A stretch of 64,000 bases of DNA from the sequence record OK905446.1. One strand, given 5' to 3'. The position numbers were made by a program, and so were the translations under genes. Shown here piece by piece: positions 1-6,395 of this stretch (positions within the stretch are counted from its first letter, which is position 1; each line of letters opens with the position of its first letter). Under the pieces are notes generated by a model. It made no database searches, was not told the origin of the DNA, and worked only from the letters and a program-made list of their open reading frames with translations.

Positions 1-106
1 AGTATCTACTTAAAGAAAACTGCATGACGGAGTAGTGCTCCGACCGAATGACACACGCAAATGAGTCCGGTTGACAAACGTTATATGTCCCAAAGTGTAC
101 TTTGGT

Positions 107-183
107 GTGGCAGTGGGTGAAGTGGAAATACCTCCGGGTTGTGATTCCGGAAGATGCGGGTTCGATCCCCGTCTGTCACCCCA
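107..183 (+). tRNA. tRNA-His(GTG)
   Basis: Cloverleaf: acceptor GTGGCAG/CTGTCAC, anticodon arm CCGGG-TTGTGAT-TCCGG, T arm GCGGG-TTCGATC-CCCGT, discriminator C180, encoded CCA 181-183. Confidence 0.95.
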
Positions 184-286
184 AAGTGCATTTAGCGAAA
201 AAAGCATTGTAGTAGCGCATGGGAATTCTGAATGCTTGAAATACCCATTAAGATCGCCAGTAGCTCATGCAATGCACTAACAATTT
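184..286 (+). ncRNA. candidate structured RNA in the His-Cys spacer
   Basis: Perfect stems 185-192/271-278 (8 bp) and 202-208/231-237 (7 bp); 219-223/244-248 would form a pseudoknot; flanked by tRNA processing sites. Confidence 0.35.
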
Positions 287-360
287 GCCCGAATCGTATA
301 ATGGAAGTATGAGGGATTGCAAATCCCGCGGTCAGAGTTCGATTCTCTGTTCGGGCTCCA
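287..360 (+). tRNA. tRNA-Cys(GCA)
   Basis: Acceptor GCCCGAA/TTCGGGC, anticodon loop TTGCAAA, T loop TTCGATT, encoded CCA. Confidence 0.95.
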
Positions 361-376
361 TTTTGAGAACTATATC

Positions 377-601
377 ATGAAACCAGAAGTTAAAGAATAC
401 TTAGACAGATCTGTTAAATTTTCAATTCGCTTGACTGAAGATAGCATTCGAAGAACTTCTGTGAAGTTGCATGAGCAAAAAGCTCACTTGCATGAATTGA
501 GAAAGCAACTTGATTGTGAACATGAAATGGTTGCTGATAATAGCGGGTTTGAATTAATTACTGCAACATGCACTAAGTGCGGTTTGCAAGATCAGTATTA
601 A
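377..601 (+). CDS. hypothetical protein (74 aa, C-terminal Cys/His zinc-ribbon-like motif)
   Basis: ORF track start at 317 overlaps tRNA-Cys; ATG at 377 after GAGAA is more plausible; CEH...CTKC motif. Confidence 0.6.
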   Translation: MKPEVKEYLDRSVKFSIRLTEDSIRRTSVKLHEQKAHLHELRKQLDCEHEMVADNSGFELITATCTKCGLQDQY

Positions 602-803
602 AGACGATGCACAAGTTGGATGTGCAAAGGGGTCGGTTATGGTTCAAGACTACGGTCTAAGAGGTTAATCGCTCGGAACTGAGCATGTTTGAGTTGCTAC
701 TTGCGAGTAGTGATTAGTGCGTAAGAAGCCCGTAGCTAGTATAATGAGTTGATAACTCGGCAGCCTAGCAGTGTCGCCAACATCGACATAACGACACAGT
801 AAT
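602..803 (+). ncRNA. candidate structured ncRNA upstream of tRNA-Leu(TAA)
   Basis: No plus-strand ORF; hairpins 608-613/621-626, 647-650/655-658 (cUACGg), 671-675/680-684, 694-701/706-713, 735-739/765-769, 746-750/754-758, 771-776/792-797. Confidence 0.5.
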
Positions 804-880
804 GCGCATGTGGTCCAATTGGCAGAGGCATGAGGTTTAAATTCTCAGGGATGGCGGTTCGAATCCGCCCATGCGTACCA
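804..880 (+). tRNA. tRNA-Leu(TAA), short variable loop
   Basis: Acceptor GCGCATG/CATGCGT, anticodon arm TGAGG-TTTAAAT-TCTCA, 5-nt variable region GGGAT, discriminator A, CCA. Confidence 0.9.
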
Positions 881-886
881 AATTTC

Positions 887-963
887 GCCCAACTAGTCCA
901 ATAGGCAGAGGCGCTAGTTTCAAACACTAGATGATCCGAGTTCGAATCTCGGGTTGGGCACCA
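887..963 (+). tRNA. tRNA-Leu(CAA), short variable loop
   Basis: Acceptor GCCCAAC/GTTGGGC, anticodon arm CTAGT-TTCAAAC-ACTAG, 5-nt variable region ATGAT, discriminator A, CCA. Confidence 0.9.
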
Positions 964-1175
964 AATTAACTTAGCAACGCGAATCGAAAGAGAGTGATTA
1001 GACCGTACGACACTATGGTCTTAAAAGAAGATATAGCTGAAAGGCTATGTGTAGACCTGCTAAGAGTCCCGTGGGTCGTTAAATTATCAAATGGGATCTG
1101 CGAAGCGCGTGGCACACGCTGGCAATAAGAGCAAATATGTGTCTGAGCATGAGAGCAGCATGCCACCGATTAAAA
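964..1175 (+). ncRNA. candidate structured ncRNA downstream of tRNA-Leu(CAA)
   Basis: Closing stem 970-976/1058-1064 encloses hairpins 1000-1006/1015-1021 and 1031-1038/1043-1050 (GAAA tetraloop); further stems 1107-1111/1115-1119 and 1147-1151/1159-1163. Confidence 0.5.
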
Positions 1176-1185
1176 GTCGCTCAGT

Positions 1186-1193
1186 TATAAATA
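1186..1193 (+). promoter_or_regulatory. T4-type late promoter TATAAATA
   Basis: Exact gp55 consensus 25 nt upstream of ORF 1219. Confidence 0.8.
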
Positions 1194-1218
1194 ATATAAA
1201 CTAACTGAGGGATAAGAC

Positions 1219-1398
1219 ATGAAATTAAAAACGTTTGATGAATATCACGACTTGACTGAGAAAGTTGAGAAGCGTGGTGACAAGTGGGTTGCTCTTTCAT
1301 CTAAAGGTCGTGTACTTGGTACACATGATACCGAGAAAGAAGCAAACGCACAGATCGCGGCTGTTGAAATTAGCAAAGCAGAACGTGGTAAGAAATAA
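1219..1398 (+). CDS. small putative internal head protein (59 aa, MKLKTFDEYHDLTEKVEKRGDKWVALSSKGRVLGTHDTEKEANAQIAAVEISKAERGKK)
   Basis: Translated by hand (below ORF-track cutoff); GAGGG RBS, late promoter, N-terminus resembles T4 capsid-targeting sequence. Confidence 0.75.
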   Translation: MKLKTFDEYHDLTEKVEKRGDKWVALSSKGRVLGTHDTEKEANAQIAAVEISKAERGKK

Positions 1399-1403
1399 TC
1401 TAC

Positions 1404-1492
1404 GGAGATATGGTCTAATGGTATGACAGCACCCTGCTAAGGTGTCGGACGTTAATAGCGTTCTCTGGGTTCGACTCCCAGTATCTCCGCCA
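1404..1492 (+). tRNA. tRNA-Ser(GCT)
   Basis: Acceptor GGAGATA/TATCTCC, anticodon loop CTGCTAA, long variable arm, discriminator G, CCA. Confidence 0.95.
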
Positions 1493-1499
1493 AATTCGC

Positions 1500-1766
1500 A
1501 ATAAGACATTGTACAGCAACTATTACTAATCAAAGAAGCAAACTTTAATAGTAATGAGGCGCACTAGCTGCTTTCTCAGTGATGACGTGAGCCCGGCGCA
1601 TTCTCGTGGTAGGAAATGGCCATTAAGACGGTGTTCGTACTGTTAAACGAAATAGGTCTCATGCCGAATCATGGGTATTCTCTTGATGAGAAACATCGAG
1701 ATAGTCAATTGAGATTTAAGGAAAAGACGATAAAACAATTCTCGAATGTCTGTGTATTGCACATCT
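1500..1766 (+). ncRNA. candidate structured ncRNA at the 3' end of the tRNA transcript
   Basis: No ORF; hairpins 1575-1578/1588-1591, 1634-1638/1647-1651, 1658-1663/1670-1675, 1681-1688/1694-1701; ends at a terminator; starts with the GACATTGTACAGCAA motif. Confidence 0.5.
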
Positions 1767-1791
1767 AAACCTGCCTTGAGCAGGTTTTTTT
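1767..1791 (+). terminator. intrinsic terminator ending the tRNA array
   Basis: AAACCTGC-CTTGA-GCAGGTTT followed by a T run. Confidence 0.85.
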
Positions 1792-1844
1792 GTTTATGGC
1801 GTTTGACAAATCGTGTAATCTGAGAATAAACAACGGGAGATCAC

Positions 1845-2222
1845 ATGTTGGTTAGTAATACAAAACGAGTTTCAATTTACAAGATGAAGCGTGTAGCTAG
1901 AATGCCTGATGCTGATGTATTCTTTCAAATGAGCCAATACGAGCATTTGAACAATAACAGCGTCAAGATTACCAATAAACTGACAGCATTCATCATACGA
2001 GGTCTATTTATTTACAGAACCGTCGTAGACTGTTCTCAAGCTGATGACCCTCATACTATGTGCGAACGACTTGAATTCGTCTCACAAGACGCTCTAAAGC
2101 GTTATATGAACATGAGTGGTAGACGTAAGCGATTCAGTTTAGACGATGTGCTATACGGGAATGAACAATGCGCATTCAATAAAGAAATCGGATTGGCAAT
2201 AACTTACTCTAGGCTATTCTAA
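1845..2222 (+). CDS. hypothetical protein
   Basis: 125-aa ORF with GGGAG RBS. Confidence 0.6.
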   Translation: MLVSNTKRVSIYKMKRVARMPDADVFFQMSQYEHLNNNSVKITNKLTAFIIRGLFIYRTVVDCSQADDPHTMCERLEFVSQDALKRYMNMSGRRKRFSLDDVLYGNEQCAFNKEIGLAITYSRLF

Positions 2223-2255
2223 ATACAGTTGAACTCAAACAATTGGAGATAGGTC

Positions 2256-2459
2256 ATGAGTGATAAAACCTTTGACAAATTCATGTCAGAATTAGAAGAA
2301 TCTCGTCCTGAAGACAAGAAGAAAAAACGTTCCATTAAAGACCGTGTAAAGTCTGGGGCAAAAAAAGCTGGTAAAGCAGCAAAGACAGGCGCTAAAGTTG
2401 CAGGTGGTGTAGCAGCGGCTGGTTTAGTAAGACAAGTAACAAAGAAATCTAACGAATAA
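2256..2459 (+). CDS. small basic protein, putative internal head protein
   Basis: GGAG/AGG RBS; N-terminus MSDKTFDKFMSELEE resembles a capsid-targeting sequence; Lys/Ala/Gly-rich. Confidence 0.65.
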   Translation: MSDKTFDKFMSELEESRPEDKKKKRSIKDRVKSGAKKAGKAAKTGAKVAGGVAAAGLVRQVTKKSNE

Positions 2460-2686
2460 TGAGCATTCACAGTAAATCGCACGCACGCGAAGGTCGTGGT
2501 CTAGGCAACGGTTTTAACGATAACTGGCGCAATAGTCCGCTTTGGAAAAACATCGGTCCCGACGCTCGTAAAAAAGACGAAGCAGGTGAAGAACCGAAAG
2601 AAGAGATCAAAGAGGTGAAGACGGAAAATTTAGATGAACTGACAGAACGCGAACGTATGCGCCGTTTGATGAGTCTAGCACACTAA
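2459..2686 (+). CDS. hypothetical protein
   Basis: TAATG coupling to the upstream ORF. Confidence 0.65.
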   Translation: MSIHSKSHAREGRGLGNGFNDNWRNSPLWKNIGPDARKKDEAGEEPKEEIKEVKTENLDELTERERMRRLMSLAH

Positions 2687-2711
2687 CCTCATATTGGCGT
2701 AACTTCTCGGT

Positions 2712-2757
2712 GGGAGATATGTGGTCAAGGCAATGGGTTCGATTCCCGTGTCTCCCG
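2712..2757 (+). other. tRNA-like minihelix (acceptor stem + T arm; no D stem, anticodon arm or CCA)
   Basis: GGGAGAT/GTCTCCC acceptor, ATGGG-TTCGATT-CCCGT T arm, 14-nt linker with TGGTC; resembles both ends of tRNA-Ser at 1404. Confidence 0.65.
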
Positions 2758-2785
2758 TATTCTATTAACTAAGAGGTGAACAATC

Positions 2786-2998
2786 ATGGAAATTCTTTCT
2801 GAATCCACACTAAAAAGCATGGAACTATCTGAAGTTTGCAAAGTACGCAAAGCACTTAATAAATTTATTGCACGTCTGCGCAAAGATTTTCGACAATTTC
2901 AATGCACCCGAGTTGATGAGAAATATTACAAAGAGCATCTTATGTACTCCACGATTGTAGATCGAATGATCGAACACAAGTTACGCCATTCACACTAA
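2786..2998 (+). CDS. hypothetical protein
   Basis: GAGGTG RBS, 70 aa. Confidence 0.7.
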   Translation: MEILSESTLKSMELSEVCKVRKALNKFIARLRKDFRQFQCTRVDEKYYKEHLMYSTIVDRMIEHKLRHSH

Positions 2999-2999
2999 C

Positions 3000-3030
3000 A
3001 AAAAAGCCCCAATTAAGGGGCTTTTCTTTT
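3000..3030. terminator. bidirectional intrinsic terminator
   Basis: AAAAAAGCCCC-AATTAA-GGGGCTTTT between convergent genes. Confidence 0.85.
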
Positions 3031-3400
3031 ATAACTTCTGCCTGATCATTAGATCATGAAGACCTTCAACGGCAAAGTCGTTGAGTCTATCAAGCTCTAG
3101 ATCCAGTTTGTCCATTGCTTGAACTAGCTCTTCGCTGATACCTTTCTTATAACGAAGCTTGTGAATCAAGCGTTTCGCGTCGAGAACATTCATTTTGATG
3201 TGCTCGAAATTGTATCTCACGACTTCATAACGGTACTTGTTTTGCTTGGCTTTCTGTTCAATGTGCAGAAGCTTGGTATGCATTTTAGCAAGACGCTTGA
3301 TACTGCGAGTGTCTTCACCTGCTTTATATCTTGCCCATTGCCTTTCAAACCACCCTTCATTTAGATATTCATCAAAAGAAATAATTTTTTCGTCTAACAT
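3029..3400 (-). CDS. putative internal head protein
   Basis: Likely start MLDEKIISFDEYLNE (capsid-targeting-like); GATAAATA late-like box at 3432-3439. Confidence 0.6.
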   Translation of the reverse strand: MLDEKIISFDEYLNEGWFERQWARYKAGEDTRSIKRLAKMHTKLLHIEQKAKQNKYRYEVVRYNFEHIKMNVLDAKRLIHKLRYKKGISEELVQAMDKLDLELDRLNDFAVEGLHDLMIRQKL

Positions 3401-3450
3401 GTTGACTTCCACTTGATAATCCTGTATTCTGTATTTATCAGTCCGAACTA

Positions 3451-3813
3451 ATGAGAATTATCATGTACATTATGATTGATGATGAGCGCAACATTAACAA
3501 CTTCACGAATGAAACTGTTCGTGATGATGAAAAGATGACGTTGCGCACATTTGAAGAAGGCATGACATTCGTCAAGCACACTAATTTAACCGACATTACG
3601 TTATTCATGGATAATGACTTAGGTGATGTCGTAGGTCGTGAGGGTTACGATATTCTCTCACATGCAATCGACCATAGCAATTTCCCTAAGACTGTTGTTA
3701 TAGTCACCAACAACCCATCTGCTCGATTTAAAATGTGTATGATGCTAAATCAAACGCAGAAGTACAAGCAAGTTGGTTCGATTTTCATGAGGTATGATAC
3801 ATGTCGCACGTAA
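3451..3813 (+). CDS. cyclic-phosphate-processing receiver-like domain protein (cREC_REC-like)
   Basis: Motifs IDDERN, RTFEE, MDNDLG, EGYDIL, VTNNPSA match the stand-alone receiver family linked to RNA repair neighbourhoods. Confidence 0.65.
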   Translation: MRIIMYIMIDDERNINNFTNETVRDDEKMTLRTFEEGMTFVKHTNLTDITLFMDNDLGDVVGREGYDILSHAIDHSNFPKTVVIVTNNPSARFKMCMMLNQTQKYKQVGSIFMRYDTCRT

Positions 3814-4169
3814 ATGTGATCTCTTCTGCTGCGAATGCAATTCGCGTAACTCTACCTAATGGCGACGTGCGTGAAGTCGTTGTTGCCGATAGCTGTCACT
3901 TCGGTCGTAACATGCAATCAGTATTCAAGGTCATCAAAGAACTTGGTGGCACAATTGAGCACCGATATGAACTAGGTGATCGCGGTCAGGGATTTATTAA
4001 CTACTGCGGTGAATATTTCAATCGTGCAGACGCATATGAGATTGCGAAAGAATGCGGTCAACCGTTTAACGACAACTATACGTTGCCTGATAATGATGGT
4101 GATGGTCGCTTGCGCCTTGACAGTTCATGTATTCGCCACTTTGACAATTCGATTAAGGATTATGTATGA
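3801..4169 (+). CDS. conserved phage hypothetical protein
   Basis: QGFIN...YFNRADAYEIA motif; overlaps both neighbours. Confidence 0.7.
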   Translation: MSHVNVISSAANAIRVTLPNGDVREVVVADSCHFGRNMQSVFKVIKELGGTIEHRYELGDRGQGFINYCGEYFNRADAYEIAKECGQPFNDNYTLPDNDGDGRLRLDSSCIRHFDNSIKDYV

Positions 4170-4504
4170 CCAAGTTATACGATACATTAGTTAGTAAAGT
4201 CGCACAGAATCGTTCAACACGCGAAGAAATGTTTGTTGTTGAACTGCACAAAGCAATAGAGCGAAAAATTGGCGGCGTTCAGGGATTTTCTTTCCCTATT
4301 AGCATTCAAGTTCAATTGCAACGTAATGAATGTTGTGATGAAATGATGACTCTAATACGCGAAGTTCTGAAGAAAGAAGGGTTTCATAACTTCGACTCGC
4401 AATTTGGTCATTACAATGGCGATCCGCGTGATATGCGCGACTACTCATACTCGTATGTGAAAATCACAATCCGAGAAAACACAAAAGCGGGGTTTCAGTC
4501 ATGA
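4166..4504 (+). CDS. hypothetical protein
   Basis: ATGA overlap; weakly similar in layout to 4501-4818. Confidence 0.7.
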   Translation: MTKLYDTLVSKVAQNRSTREEMFVVELHKAIERKIGGVQGFSFPISIQVQLQRNECCDEMMTLIREVLKKEGFHNFDSQFGHYNGDPRDMRDYSYSYVKITIRENTKAGFQS

Positions 4505-4818
4505 TTAACCACAATGAATTGCGCGTTCAAATTCAAGAGCGCGAAGTTGAACTAAAACGTACTCTATCCGAGCATTACACCAAAGAATGTGAAAAAGAGT
4601 TTATGCACGCTGTCGAATCAGAATCTAACTTTCCGATTAAGATCAAGGTGCAGATTCACGCAGCCGACAAAGACAAGCGTGGTGCGACTATCATTCGTTC
4701 ATTCTTCGAAGAGCATGGTTATCGTTCACTTCGTACATCGTACGAAACAGGCGGCAGCGTACTTGTTGAGATTTACGAGAATGGTACTAACTTGACTCGG
4801 CATCACAATTACAAATAA
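4501..4818 (+). CDS. hypothetical protein
   Basis: ATGA overlap with upstream ORF. Confidence 0.7.
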   Translation: MINHNELRVQIQEREVELKRTLSEHYTKECEKEFMHAVESESNFPIKIKVQIHAADKDKRGATIIRSFFEEHGYRSLRTSYETGGSVLVEIYENGTNLTRHHNYK

Positions 4819-4830
4819 ATTCAAAAAAGT

Positions 4831-4859
4831 GTTTACACGGGTTCAAATCCGTGTATAAT
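4831..4859 (+). promoter_or_regulatory. early sigma70-type promoter with a palindromic spacer
   Basis: GTTTAC-N17-TATAAT (T4 early consensus), A-tract UP element; TACACGG/CCGTGTA inverted repeat in the spacer. Confidence 0.8.
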
Positions 4860-4909
4860 CATCACATCAAAACGACATTATACAGCAATTTAATATGAGG
4901 AAATCAACA

Positions 4910-6346
4910 ATGTCAGCATTTATGAACGCTATGCAATCAAACGATTCACGTACAGCAAACGGTGCACTTACTCACAGCACTTCAAGCAACGAGTGTCTAA
5001 ACTTGTTCTTCGGTATTGCTGCTATGCGTGGCAACGATCAGTCTAAAACTCTGTTCAGTCGTGCGTTTGCAGAAAACCCAGAACTAGCGACTCGCATCCT
5101 GCTATGGTCTCGTGACGTTCGCGGTGGCGCAGGTGAACGTGGTACTTTCCGTACTCTATTCGCTAAACTTTGTAATGAACAGCCAGACGTTGCTCGTGCT
5201 GTAATGTCAAAAGTACCAGAATTGGGTCGTTTCGATGACTTGATTGTTGCATTCGGTACTAGTCTTGAAAAAGACGCGATCACTATGTGGTCAAATGCGA
5301 TTGTCAATGACAAAAACGGTCTTGCTGCGAAGTGGTTCCCGCGTGAAAACAGCAAAAACGGTCATGTGTTCAAGCGCACAATCAAGTCTCTTGATGTGAC
5401 TGCAAAGCAGTGGCGTAAGATTCTTGCTCTTTTGTCTGACACCGTTGAACAAAAGATGTGTGCTCAAGAATGGGATGCAATCGACTTCGGTAAGTTGCCT
5501 TCTGTAGCGTCTGCTCGTTATCAACAAGCATTCGGTCGTAACGCTTCGACACGTTACACAAGCTACATCGAATCACTTCAAAAAGGTGAAGCGAAGATCA
5601 ACGCTGCTGCATTGTTCCCATACGATGTTGTTAAAAGCGTTAGTCACGGTAACGCATCTGTAGCGAATGAGCAATGGAAAGCTCTACCGAACTACATGGA
5701 AGGTTCTGATGAGCGCATCATCCCTGTTGTAGACGTGTCTGGTTCTATGAGCACGCCGATCAACGCAGGTACTGACCGTTCAGGCGTGTCTTGTAAGCAA
5801 GTTGCAATGTCTCTAGGCATCTACGTTGCTGAACGAAACGAAGGCATCTTCAAAGACCAGTTCATTTCGTTCTCAAGTGATCCGCACTTCCACCAGTTGC
5901 GCGGTAGCTCTCTTAAAGAGCGTCTTGACAACATGAATCGCTCAGGCGAAGACATGAGCACTAACATCACCAAGTGTTTCAGCGTTCTATTAGAACGTGC
6001 GAAGAAGGCAAACCTTTCACAAGAAGAAATGCCAACTAAGTTGCTTATCATGAGCGACATGGAATTCGACGAAGCAAATCGCGGTGGTGGTTGGTATGGT
6101 CGCGGCGAAATTACTAATTTCGAAGCAATCAAAGGCATGTACGCACGTGCAGGCTATGAAATGCCTCAACTAGTGTTCTGGAACATCCGTGGTCGTATCG
6201 GTAACGTTCCTGTTAAGTCAGGCGAAGCGGGTACAGCGTTGGTTTCAGGTTGTAGTCCATCAATCTTGACTTCATTGTTGGGTGGTGAACTTGAGCCAGT
6301 CAAGATCATGCTGAAAACTGTATGCGTTGATCGCTACAGCTTTTAA
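4910..6346 (+). CDS. DUF2828-family TROVE/Ro60-like helical domain plus vWA domain protein
   Basis: TANGA, RDVRGGAGER, GRFDDL, AAKWFPRE, INAAALFPYD, MIDAS DVSGS, SDMEFD and VFWN motifs; RBS GAGG favours start 4910. Confidence 0.85.
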   Translation: MSAFMNAMQSNDSRTANGALTHSTSSNECLNLFFGIAAMRGNDQSKTLFSRAFAENPELATRILLWSRDVRGGAGERGTFRTLFAKLCNEQPDVARAVMSKVPELGRFDDLIVAFGTSLEKDAITMWSNAIVNDKNGLAAKWFPRENSKNGHVFKRTIKSLDVTAKQWRKILALLSDTVEQKMCAQEWDAIDFGKLPSVASARYQQAFGRNASTRYTSYIESLQKGEAKINAAALFPYDVVKSVSHGNASVANEQWKALPNYMEGSDERIIPVVDVSGSMSTPINAGTDRSGVSCKQVAMSLGIYVAERNEGIFKDQFISFSSDPHFHQLRGSSLKERLDNMNRSGEDMSTNITKCFSVLLERAKKANLSQEEMPTKLLIMSDMEFDEANRGGGWYGRGEITNFEAIKGMYARAGYEMPQLVFWNIRGRIGNVPVKSGEAGTALVSGCSPSILTSLLGGELEPVKIMLKTVCVDRYSF

Positions 6347-6353
6347 ATAAGCG

Positions 6354-6380
6354 AGGGCGGCAATTATGCCGCCCTTTTTG
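6354..6380 (+). terminator. intrinsic terminator
   Basis: GGGCGGC-AATTAT-GCCGCCC-TTTTT. Confidence 0.85.
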
Positions 6381-6395
6381 TTTGCAGAGGTGAAA

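Noticed and set aside
1-100. Hairpins and TTGACA before tRNA-His
   Set aside because: Truncated by the window edge; no matching -10 at 17 bp; insufficient to call
10-1533. ORF-track ORFs 10-207, 71-280, 736-927, 966-1166, 1297-1533
   Set aside because: They overlap or lie antisense to tRNAs and structured RNA and lack an RBS
1662-1670. GCCGAA as the bacterial Y RNA Ro60-binding motif
   Set aside because: Single hexamer inside a hairpin, not in a terminal stem; expected by chance
1575-1701. Possible hammerhead ribozyme (TGATGA...GAAA)
   Set aside because: No exact CUGAUGA core and no stem I-III geometry; these bases form a simple hairpin
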